Shown: piece by piece, positions 42,853 through 54,383 of the stretch
How the letters are laid out: each line of letters begins with the position of its first letter
Numbering within the stretch: position 1 is the first letter of the stretch
DNA from: Tubulanus polymorphus
Taxonomy: Eukaryota; Animalia; Nemertea
Direction of reading: 5' to 3'
DNA: 64,000 nt
NCBI RefSeq assembly: GCF_964204645.1
Contig: NC_134030.1
Location: 5,932,778 to 5,996,777 of the forward strand
Translations under genes and position numbers: made by a program
The notes under the pieces: generated by a model
What the model saw: only the letters and a program-made list of their open reading frames with translations
What the model was told of the DNA's origin: nothing
Databases searched by the model: none

Positions 42853-43945
42853 TACAGATGACTTCGCCAACTTGATTAGTTGTATACTTTTTACATGTAA
42901 GTCAACTCAACAACGAGAAAAGAATTAGAAAAAAATTCTCTAATTTTCTAATCCATCGTCTTATGGACATGAAATCAAAACTGAACAAACTTTCTTAGGT
43001 TTAGTGAACAATTAGATTCGTGCTATGGATATTTAAAGTACTTTTTAACTTGGAAACCTAACTCAACAAGATATACCATGAGTTACATATTATATACATT
43101 GTACACATGAATAGTTCACACTGAATTGCAGCAAAGGTAATTTTTAATTCATTCGCTAATGTGCGAGGTACGTTACGATGACTATTAAACGACTGCAGCC
43201 AGCCGACATCGAGAGATGCGGCGACCGATAATAGATAAATATCATCCGCTCCACTACTCACCAGTTAATTTATATCGCAACATACATGTCGTATCGCCGG
43301 TCATAATCCGCACTTTCGCTACCGACTTGCGCGATACCGAAATTCATCAAAACGCACCGATAATTTGTCCGTATAATTTGATGTCCATAATAACAGTTGC
43401 ATAGCAATTATATTTTGCGAGCGCTCGCCATAGGACGTTTTGCAGTACACGTCCTAACGGGGCCAGGCGGTAATGTCGGAGGATAACGCTTTATCGCTAT
43501 ATGCGTTGCTTTATTAGCCCATCAACGCGTTGTGTAGTTAGTTGTACTGCTTGGCGCGAGCGCGGCTAAAACGTTCGATATCGACACTCGAGTGAGAGCG
43601 AGCTCGGGCTATATTTATTCCATACTAGAAGAGGGAATCACCTATGACGACTATACAGCTTGAACAGTTCGTTATAGAATGCTTCGTGTTGAATAATTTA
43701 GCACCGTCAGACTCTGGAAAGGCCGCTATCCGTGATCATCTCACGAACGAGAAACCATAGAGTGGGTCTTTGTATTTACGGTGGATCTAATGACTAGATA
43801 GCCCAAGGTTATCTTGTTAAACTGAGACGTTTTTGCGCTAAGGTTTTGACGGATATAGCCGTGGACGGATCTACGAAACGCTTCAATCCATATAATGATG
43901 TGTGCAAAAAAGATCCAGCATAAGACATCTTTAAGATAATTTATC

Positions 43946-44027
43946 TAGACGTGGACTGCAACATTTCAGCTGTTGACTAACTATAGATGACCGTTAGTCA
44001 ACAGCCGATATTTCGTAGTCTCGTCTA
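43946..44027. repeat. 82-bp hairpin with TA ends (MITE-like or pre-miRNA-sized)
   Basis: Arms of about 35 bp with a perfect core GCTGTTGACTAAC/GTTAGTCAACAGC and an 11-nt loop. Termini are TAGACG...CGTCTA. Confidence 0.7.
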
Positions 44028-47000
44028 CAATGATTTCCCGAACAATTTCTTAAACTTTACATTGTGGAACCATACCAACTAATCACCTTTTTATTTCCCT
44101 GATTAAAATTGGCACTTGAAAATGTATTCTTACTGCCCTTTACCGAAAAATAAGTATTATCACAAGTGAACGCAAACGGCGCTAAGTGTTTCGAGGTTCA
44201 GAGTAAGAATGCATCAACTTATTATTGCACGCAGTTTCGGCAATGATTGCAGATATTCAGCGATGTAATTCCAGAAGCGAAGCTGCTTCATTTGCGTAAC
44301 AATTACATTAAGTCGAAGCAATCAATGATTTAATGATCCTGCATGTATCGACTATGTGTAGGGCTATATTCACATCCCTGCAGTCGAATACCGCCAAGAG
44401 GAAAGGTTATTCGACACTCGTTCCAACCATTTTTTTTTTTCTTAAGGTACCGGCGTTCGCGATACTCGAGAACTTTGGAATAAGAAAAACTCGAAAGTTT
44501 ATTGATGCCTTGAAAGATAACATGCGTATATGTATTATGCTTAATACGAAGCCCCGGAAGTGACGGTTAATTTTTTTTGTGGGAACGATTTTTTTCTCGT
44601 AGGAACGAAATAATGTTTTCGTTGGAACGAAAGGTTTTTCGTGCCGGCAACCAGTCTATTATATATTGAATTGATTTGAATTGAATTGACCGACAGCCAG
44701 CTAGCTCAAATACTGGTGACGTTGCACATCCACTCATATCATTGCCTAATTCCTTATCAGAAAATGCATGAAATTTCATTAGATAGAAATTATCAGAGTT
44801 ATTAGATTTAATCAACTACAAACGCCAAAATTCACAATTTAATTGTTATTTTGAAACGCTAATTTTAATGATGCGGGTGCACATCGACTCGCACAATACC
44901 CCTTAAATAACGCATAGTATAGTTATCAATACATGGAAACATATTGTTAACGATTCTTGCGGCATCAAAGAAAAATATTTGCTCTTATTCAGTAAGGTCT
45001 CATGCATGGTGGTAACCGCCTAGAAGCGGAGAGGACTGCGCAATGTAGCGGGTCGGAATCACTTGCCGAGCGCGGAGTAGCATTCCTGGGGAATATGCGG
45101 AATGGACGCCTTCAGTCCGTATGAAATGAAAATAAATCAAAACCAAAGAACGAAAACAATATCGCATACTGTTAGACTTTACTGATGAATTAGTTAATGC
45201 GATGCATCGCCGGCAGATGGCATGCGTGTGCGCGGTGCGCATAGAAACGACCGTTCTACAACAACAAATCGCTTCACCATCGTCCAATGATCGAACTGTT
45301 TAATCCAATACAATACTTTCATTGTTTCCGATTGATAAATAATTTAAACAATCCGGATATTGGGTATTGAGAAGCTGTATGCTCGTTCATAGGTGGGTTT
45401 TTTCACTGAACAGAAAGTCCCAAGAGAAAACCGGAACGCTTAGCATAGCAAACATAGACTACAACTGCGCTCCCCGTGCAATTAAAATAGACATAATCTT
45501 TCCGCTAGCTCGTCATCCACAGTCAATTTATTTCAAACGCCAAATAGCCGTCATTCGATATTGCTTTTACCGAGAAATCTGCTTCGGCGGTCACGTGGTG
45601 GGCAAACTACTCCGACTAGCGCGTGGAAACTAAAATGGGATGTGAAAACGGTTCATTATTCTACCTATGCGCCATTCTGCATTCATAGCCGAACTACATA
45701 GGACGCGAGCAACGCACGGAGAAACAGAGGAGAGGCAACCTGAATAGAATGACTGTCAATTGTGTACTTTGGTTTCCATCGCCAAATGAAGGGAGTTGGG
45801 AGTTTAATTTACAGCGAGTTGCGCCGCGCTAAATCAGAAAATTTATACGTATATTGACAGAGTTAAAAGCTCTATTAAGGGAAATGGACGACAACGTTTG
45901 ATACATTTATGGTCGTTCATTAAGCGAACGGTAGTTTTAATTGGTGTCGATTAGCGAGGTTAAGCTCCATTCGATATATTACTCGTCGGAGAGCGCGTCG
46001 GAGGTAGGCCCACAAGCGACAAGCTCTGCTCAGATTTTTTGATAAAATCAAATTCAGGTGAGTGAATTTTCCATCTCGATATAATTTACAATATTTACAA
46101 TTATCTGATTTTTTGTGACTACATACGTACATATATATATATATATATACATGTGTGGTGTATTTCGACACAGGCCCTATATGCATTACTATAGTGCACG
46201 TAGTTTTCATAATGTACGAACTTCCCCAAAACACGTTTATATTATTATTCACGTCTTGCTGCTATTGTGTCACTTTGCGACAGCTGAAATGCTTTTTGGC
46301 CTCAATTCAGTTTTTAGCAGGAAATTATCTTTCCTCGAATAATAAATATATACCGTCTACAATATACGAGGCGTACTCTGCGGTTGTGTGAGTTGAATTT
46401 GAATTGACTCGACTCAAATAATAGATCGACCTTAATTCCTTTTTTTTCAAGTATACAGACAACCCGATTTGAATCGATTGTGAAACTGTCACGAAAATAG
46501 TAAACAAATTCACAAGCACAAATGATAGGCTTTAAAGGATGTTTCGATTTTGGCTATAATCTAAACGGAATATCCTATGATATACCTGTTCGGACTCGCG
46601 GTTTTAAATGTTATGTATTCTTATCGGGAAATTTAGTTTGAAGGCACTTGATATATAATATCTCGTGTAATAACCCGAACTCTTCAACGATTCTTCAAGA
46701 GTCCATGAACTACTTCACCTTTGTTCGTTAGTGAGAGAGTAATGCAAATATATAGAACTATCTGTACAACTCACAGGTATCCGTTACCTAAACGGCAACT
46801 GGCTGTAATTATCGTGTAAATAACTGATCTATCTATCATGAAAACAGTCGTCTCGTTCTTCCGTTTTAGATTAGATTTTAATATTTGATCAATCGCCATA
46901 GAAAGAGAGTAATGTTACATGACACGATTACCTCAGTCAGATTCACGTACTGGTTACGTTGCTGACTAATAAGGTTCCATCGGAATTAATTTCGATAATA

Positions 47001-47348
47001 AGCTTTCAAACGTCCTAATTATTTCAGACACGTCATAATTCGGTAATAAGCACTTTTTAGCGTATTTCAGATGTGTTTAAAGAATAGGGATAACAGTTGT
47101 TACGTGTAAAACGTCAACGCGTGACCTCGAATGCTTTTATCTCATTTGGCAAATTCTTACACATAATCGTTTGGTAGTAGTCGTAGCCTGTAAGGATAAA
47201 CTACTGTTTTGCGACATCACGATATCTACAATCAAGTTTTATTTGCACCATCAAGATACCAAATACGTAGAGATACACATAACACGAAGATAGACGGCAA
47301 GGATATACACGAATCTTTCTTATATTTCTTTTTTAGAACGGTATCACA

Positions 47349-48428
47349 ATGGCGTATCAAATGGCTGAGAATCAGAGTATGTCGCCTCTGGACGGCGCGA
47401 ATGGCACAGCTGAAGACGCCGGGCAACAGTTTTACAAAGTGTGGGTATTGAACAGCTCACTTTCGTCAGGAGTCTGGTGGACCTCGTATATCGCTCAAGT
47501 TTATTTGCTGGGTGCTATAGACATTGTCGGCATCTTTTTCAACATACTCAGCTTTTTAACGCTATTGAACGAAGAAGGTAAACTGTGTTCACAAAACGTA
47601 TTGTTGATGGGACTGTCTGTAGCCGATGGCTTGTATTTGATCGGTAACTTTTTCACGTTCCCCGTTGGCGCCATATATGTGACCATCAAAGGTGATTTAA
47701 CGTATCACGCGTTCGTTTCACGTTACGTGTTGACCCCTTTTTTCATCACACGGGTGCTCGCTTTGTATATGGTCGTGTTGGTCACATTCGACCGCTTCAT
47801 AGCCGTGTATTACCCGCTGAAATCTGCCCTGTACTGCACAGTCAACGGAGCCGTCATTCAGATCGTCGTTCTCGTCGTTGCGGCGGTCTTGGTGGAGGTG
47901 ATCCCCCGGTACGGGTGGACAGCGCTGATCAAAGATCCGCTCTACAATGTCCACATGTACAACGGTCACCAGATGGTAATACACTGTTTCTTGCCAGTCT
48001 TATTTGTGTTCATATTCAACAGTTTCATCATCAGAGCGCTGAGAAATTCGCGTAGAGTGTCCGGGAAAACGAATGACACTCACACCGCATTAACGAAGCG
48101 ACTTTTGGTCGTGTCAACTGCATTTCTGTGCTGTGCTCTACCGGTGTTTTTGGAGGGCATTATGGTTGAGATTGTTCATCACGCCGTTAACCCAGCAGCC
48201 GATATGGCTTTTAACTTTGTGTTGTTACTTTCCATCATTTGCGTTGCGTTCAACTGCGGCATGAACCTTATTTTGTACTACTTGACCGGAGCCCGGTTCC
48301 GTAATTCGTTCGCGAGAATGTTCGTCAATCCCTGTTTACGCACGTTCAAGAAACGGCCGCAAATTCAATCGCATGTACAACTAACTACGTCGTTCACGGC
48401 AACAACGGATATATCATCCGTAGCATGA
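47349..48428 (+). CDS. Intronless class A (rhodopsin-like) GPCR, FMRFamide-receptor-like/orphan peptide- or chemoreceptor-like, 359 aa
   Basis: Seven hydrophobic segments. TM1 GIFFN, TM2 LSVAD, TM3 DRFIAVYYP, TM5 FLP, TM6 FLCCALP, TM7 MNLILY, helix 8 RFR. N-terminal NxS/T sequons. A splice acceptor tttcttttttag lies just 5' of the ATG (5'UTR intron). AATAAA at about 48471 and 48485. Confidence 0.92.
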   Translation: MAYQMAENQSMSPLDGANGTAEDAGQQFYKVWVLNSSLSSGVWWTSYIAQVYLLGAIDIVGIFFNILSFLTLLNEEGKLCSQNVLLMGLSVADGLYLIGNFFTFPVGAIYVTIKGDLTYHAFVSRYVLTPFFITRVLALYMVVLVTFDRFIAVYYPLKSALYCTVNGAVIQIVVLVVAAVLVEVIPRYGWTALIKDPLYNVHMYNGHQMVIHCFLPVLFVFIFNSFIIRALRNSRRVSGKTNDTHTALTKRLLVVSTAFLCCALPVFLEGIMVEIVHHAVNPAADMAFNFVLLLSIICVAFNCGMNLILYYLTGARFRNSFARMFVNPCLRTFKKRPQIQSHVQLTTSFTATTDISSVA

Positions 48429-49954
48429 AAACATTGTCTGCATTTGATAACCGATGACGTTGATAAGACTAATAAAAAAGTGTTAATAAATAATGACATA
48501 TTGCGCTTCATTTTCCCTCCTGGTCATGTGAGACTTCAGATTGGAAAAGGCCAGTTGAACACACATCACTTAAAGCAAAAAACTAAATGAATCGTTGTCT
48601 ATCATCGTAGGTTTGACCATGGACGTATAAACTAGTTTATACGACCATAGTTCGGCTGATTAAACTGGTATTGACTCTCAGCAGTGGCCAGAGTAAGTTG
48701 CAGCAGTTGTGCATCCAAATGAATTGTGTAAGACTAATCCTTAGCGCGTACAATTCACACTGGACAATTCTCGGAGATTTCAATTTGAAAGTACACACGA
48801 TTTCCTGTTGTTATATTCGTCAGTATATTCGTCTAACTTTGAAGAATACTTAATTAATGTCGTCTCGAACTACAATGAACCCCAGTGAACGACTTCGTGA
48901 ATATTCGTCCAAGTGGTTCCAACGCTTGTGAACGGCGTGGGTGCATTAAATATGCATCTCAAAGCGCACGTAACAATCCATCGGTTCTGCTGTAAAAAGT
49001 GTCTCAAATTGTTGTGTCTTTCTGAATAAATGTTAATGTTTTAGAATAACTGCCTCCTATGATATTGTGTATTGACGTGTATTGTGTATACATTGAATCT
49101 ACCGGTTCATTCCCTCCTGTTAAGTTGGGATCTCAGCGTAATTTACCGTTTACGAGTTAAAAAACCTAAAATAATTATCATTTTTTATAAGATAACTAAC
49201 TATAAACGAACTTTTCTGTGATAAATGTAAATGTCTGCCAAGACGAATCTAGGGCAGCATTTTTGTGGGAGGGAATCAATGGAAATTTAGGAAAACATGA
49301 ATTTTTGAATTTACGAAATTTTAACCCGATTTCTTACAAATATGGCTCCGTCGATACAATCAATAGCTGTTGATATTTCATTCAGTCAAATCCGGATATT
49401 TGCTGATTGTGGGCAGTAATATTTGAAATATAACATTATCTATATCCAGTTATCGCCGTAGTAATAACATGTACAATGTAATCATTCCCATTTCAATGAA
49501 TTGAATACTATGTATTGTACTGTACATGTATATACATGTATGTATATCAAATGTAAGATATAGATGTATTTTATCTAATCCAAGATCAAATGTGACTGTA
49601 TTCAATGTGTGTATAAAGATATTGATTATATTTGTGACAGTTTTTGGGCATACTTGGCATAATGAACAAAAATCTGCGAAAATGAAATCATGACGTTTCT
49701 ATTTTTGCGGAAAAGAGATATGAATACGTACTGTTGTTGTTTAAGATTTAATTACCGCTATGTAAGGATATATATATATATATAAAAGTCTCAGAGAAGA
49801 CACAAGATTTTTGACTTCCTTTCAAAATCTCTATCGATGTTAATTATTGTTCTGGTAGAAAGCTGGGCTTTTTGTCGTCGAAAAGATTCAATAAATGTAT
49901 GCGTAAAAATTCTTCTAAATAAAACGTTGTGTTACCATTGATGTAAAAGGTATC

Positions 49955-50095
49955 TATTGTTCATCTTTTTCATTTCTGGAGTCATGTGAATATTTGGACG
50001 GGTTGTGGGCTCGAACCCCACCGTTTATTGTTTATCCTTGTTCATTTCTGGAGTCATGTGAAAATTTGGACAGATTGTAGGTTCGAACCCTACAG
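49955..50095 (+). repeat. Two-unit tandem repeat of about 71 bp, each unit ending in a tRNA T-arm-like hairpin
   Basis: The units share TTCATTTCTGGAGTCATGTGAAWATTTGGAC. Hairpins are GTGGG-CTCGAAC-CCCAC (50005-50021) and GTAGG-TTCGAAC-CCTAC (50077-50093). Confidence 0.8.
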
Positions 50096-51410
50096 TATCG
50101 TATAGTATCTCGTGCGACAACCCTTCCCAGCTAATGATCTTCCTTCACCCACGCGGCGGCGTAATTGAAAAAGGCCTCTGTAAAATACGTCTTGAGAGAA
50201 GTACGCAGCAGTTTTGTACGGAGCGCGGCTGCAACTTCTCTCCTAGGACTGATCATTGATAGCTTGGCCAAGGGTTATGATTAGTATAATTCTTTAAGAT
50301 TGAATTTATTAGTTCTCCTAAATCAATTTGGTTTGGCGTAAAAAGATCAAAAGCATATATATCTCGCAAATTTGCGATGTACCTGTTGTTTGAACAAACA
50401 GTTATAAGCGAAAACTTAGCAACATGAAGATTTATGAGGTCATTAGTTTGTGGAAGCCAATTTCTTGTCAATAAAACGATACTTGACTCGTACTACACGT
50501 ATTTACTGTTCGCCGAGGCAATGAATGTTGTTTCGCCTACGCGTTAAGTTACCTTCATTACCGCCCAACGCACACGACGCAGGGAAACACGGAAATATAG
50601 AAACAATAGAATTAAACATGTTTCACCTCAGAAACATTGTTTCCCGATATCACGTTTCTAGTAAATACACACGACTCAGTGAAACGCTCGGAAACATATT
50701 TCTGTCTCCCGTATCTGTGTTTCTCTTGCGTCGTGCAGGTTAGGCTTAAGAAGCGATGAGACTATATTCTAGTGAATTTCTTGTACATTATCTAAGAAAA
50801 ATAAGGTGTGTACTACCGGCATTCACATCATCACGAGTAAAACCTGTTTCAAAGAGAAACCTGCTCAACTAGTGAAAAATGGCTTGATAAAGCTTTGTAT
50901 TGCGTCAAATGTTTTGAACCGCCCACGTTTTTAATTCAGTAGTTTGACCCCGTAATCTTGGATTTCCCACGGCGCGGCGGAATCCGAGCTCATTGCCGAA
51001 CGCTAATAGGGTTCAAATTGGTTCAGCGCGTATATTTTCGTAATAGAGATCAGAAAATATCATCTGTTGAAATTAAGATCTAAGATGGCGACGCGACGTT
51101 TCGGTGCCTCTTCATTCGTCAGGTGGCATGCGCGATCTGCGTAGGTACGATGATTGAGGTTCTGGATTCAAATCATGACTAACGGAAAAGAAATGGCCCC
51201 GATGTTTTCATCGTCAAAACGAAATAAGGGGATTGCCGAAATGACTCTTCATTCGAACCTCAGCAGTCTATACTACTGGTGACACGGATGAGTTGTAAAT
51301 TGATGATAATATAATTGGCCGCGTGGAACGTGAAAATGATAAATCTCGGGTGAATTGATTGGAATTCCTGAATTTTATTATCATAGTCGTATTAAGAACC
51401 CCGCACGTAA

Positions 51411-51724
51411 TGACGTCATTCGCTCAACGGTCTAACGCGCACTTTGACGTCACTATGCCAACCCTTCCGTTCGCAGATATTAGAATTTGCGCAAATTGTT
51501 GACATTCCGCGCACCGGTGTGTTACAGTAACCACGACACGTTTGGTTACACAACTCATTTTTCGCTGATGTTGCCCTGCGCGCATGACACGACATTCGAT
51601 CGTTACTTTTAAAATCAGTAGAATGACATTTGAGCTGCGTTAATTTACATACAAACGCGTCGCTGATTTACTGAGCATCGTGTTAGGTTCAAACCGCACG
51701 TGGAAAACGGCCCACTTCCACGTG
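51411..51724. promoter_or_regulatory. Candidate enhancer: cluster of CRE, C/EBP and E-box palindromes
   Basis: TGACGTCA at 51411 and 51445, TTGCGCAA at 51487 (within AATTTGCGCAAATT), CACGTG at 51697 and 51719. Confidence 0.45.
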
Positions 51725-52274
51725 GGAGTAAACTTTATCATCCGCACGATTTTGACAGATGGGGATACAACGGTTGCGTGTGGAACCGGTAGTGGTTACA
51801 AAATAAACTTAATTTGCAAAAACAAATACACGATATTTGATGTCAACCCTGGAAACGCAAACGTAGAATATAACTACAGCCGATCGATATCAAATAACAC
51901 GTTTAAAAAACTATATTTGCATTATTGCTGTGGCCATAAATTAAAAACATTTATACCAATAAAGGTTTACGTAAAAATAGTGAACAATCTCAATGTTTTA
52001 TAATGGACGTATACAAATTTTGGAGTTCGTACCGCTTTTAAACTGCTAGGATCGGTTTTATAGATTGATATCTTTTTTAACCGGGAGTTAACGTTAAATG
52101 TTAAGAGTTATCCCCCGGGTTAAAGATAACAGTAGAGCCCCGATATATCGATGACGTAGCGCGCATCCTCTCAAAAATAGTTATTAACATTTATCAAAAA
52201 TAAAAACAAAATAAGAGTCTTTAAATAGATTTGATAACAAAAACGCCAAAATTCACGATTGTTATTGTGATCTT

Positions 52275-52994
52275 GGAACGCCAATATTGATGACGTAGTG
52301 TACATCGCCTCACACAGAACCCCTAGGTACGTATCAATGTATATAAACATCTTCATCTTCTCCATCATTGAAATATAGTTTTTTACGGCGTCAAACAATA
52401 ACATTCATTGTTCTTGATTCGTCTAACACCACATTTGCGGAAAGCCAGGTGGTTTAGGCATATGTTTATACGTACATTTATTGGGTTTCAACAGATTTTC
52501 ATTATTGGAATTACGGGTCCTCATTAGATAGTTATTTCCAAGTATTCATTAATCGATGAGTGACATTACCATGTTATTATCTTGACATCATTGTTCTTAA
52601 TCGTGAATAATGTATAATGATGGGACAAGCAAATCAGCTACCGTGGACACAAACCTGTTAAAATAACGATGGGCATTAAATTTGCATGCTGTTGATTATT
52701 CTGGGAAATTTCGGGAATAAACATCGAAGAAGGCGTATAAAGAAACGACTGAATGGTTAGCGCATTCACAGCGGAGAGCCGCGAAGAGAAACGACTGTAT
52801 GACAATTTGTTCAGAACGACGTAGAGCCACAGACGGCGCGTTTTCCTAAGCCGTTTATACCGATTCCATTTTATTCTTAACGCCGTTAAAACCGATACAA
52901 TAATGTTTATATACATTGATAACTATTATGCGTTAGTTAAGGGGTTAGTTCTGTGTGAGTCGATGTACACTAGGTCATCAATATTGGCGTTTCA
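52275..52994. repeat. Interspersed repeat family: inverted copies at 52275-52320 (-) and 52948-52994 (+), third copy at 22145-22185 (+)
   Basis: Shared TGTGAGTCGATGTRCACTASGTCATCAATATTGGCGTT. Weaker homology continues outward from the two inverted copies. Confidence 0.8.
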
Positions 52995-53069
52995 GAAAAA
53001 CAAAATACAACTGTGAATTTCAGCGTTTATTTTGTAATTAGGTATATTTGACTCGTATTCTATATTTGA

Positions 53070-53566
53070 GGGGCTGTTCAAAAATTACGTAACGCGTCAG
53101 GGGGTGGGAGATCTAACACGTTTTGTTACAGCTCGTTACAAGGGGAGGGGGTTCAGGACACCTGTTACATAACAAAAAACATGGAAATCTCAGAAGGATG
53201 AAATTCTTCGTAATACCCTTTGAACTATAGAATATGCTTGAAACAATAGCTGAACTATATTGAACTTAAACTTTCTGACAATAAATTATTTACAACAACT
53301 AAAAGTCTTGGCAACATGAACTGAAAACATTTGTTTAAACGACCAGAAACTAATCCTCATCTTCCCATTGAGGTAATCATCATTAATCGCGTACAGAGGT
53401 GTTCTTGCTTCGACTCGTACTGGCTGGGGCTCCTATATGGGGGAGGGGTATTTCATTTTGGTACATAATATTTAGGGGGTTGTGACAACATTTGTAACAA
53501 GCTGTTACAAGGGGGAGGGGTGTCTAAACTTCCCAAAAATGTGTTACGTAATTCTTTAACAGCCCC
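53070..53566. mobile_element. 497-bp PIF/Harbinger-type MITE
   Basis: TIRs GGGGCTGTTCAAAAATTACGTAACGC / (rc) GGGGCTGTTAAAGAATTACGTAACAC. 3-bp TSD TGA (53067-69 and 53567-69). Subterminal GTTACAAGGGG(G)AGGGG repeats. Confidence 0.85.
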
Positions 53567-54275
53567 TGAGAGGTCAATTCAATAATCATTCAGATTTAAA
53601 GTAGCATGATATGATAAAGTATTAAAGAGGATCCTGTGATAACACTAACAGTGCAAGGATTTTACTGTAGATGATTTATGTTATCTCCGTTTCGATAACT
53701 TCGACCTTTCAACCATTTCTGATTTTTTCCATCACTGCGACAAGCGAATACCGATTCGTAAAACGCCGCCCGCACAAGTCAAATCCGAAAATAAAAAGAT
53801 CAACAAACATTGGCGTAATCTTTTATAATTTTATCACAATAATTTTTATTGAAAATCCTGACAGAATATCATTACATCCATTCTGCGTGGTAGTGAAACA
53901 CTTTTTTATATGATAATAATAATAATAATAATAATAATAATCATATACTGCCACTGAATAATAATATCATCTTTATAGTATATTTACAACAAGAAAAACA
54001 TAACATATACATATTTGCCGGATGATATACGTTTTAATAATAATATTAATAATAATAATCATATATTATAGTTACATTCACTCATTCGTTCATTACAAAA
54101 ACTCCATACAATAACAAAAATGCGAGATCATTGAATTAAGCACATGCATTCATACTACACAATATACATAACGCTGATGTTTTGAGTGCATTCGCTTCAT
54201 TCGAAAAAGTTATTATTTCTAAAAGAATAATTCGCTTTAAACGCGCATCAATTTCATTACCAGGGAGCTGAATAT

Positions 54276-54383
54276 AGGTGTGTTCAGTAGGATGACTGAG
54301 TTGACTGGTTCGGTCTGACCGTGTTCAGAGCTGGTTATATCAGTCAAGACCGAGATGACCGAGTCAACCAATTGAACACTCCT
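54276..54383. repeat. Degenerate palindromic element of about 110 bp
   Basis: Ends AGGTGTGTTCA / TGAACACTCCT, with internal TGAC(T/C)GAG repeats. Confidence 0.45.

Noticed and set aside
51085-51128. Minus-strand CTGACGA...CGAAACGTCGCGTC hammerhead-like core
   Set aside because: Stem I cannot form and stem II is marginal.
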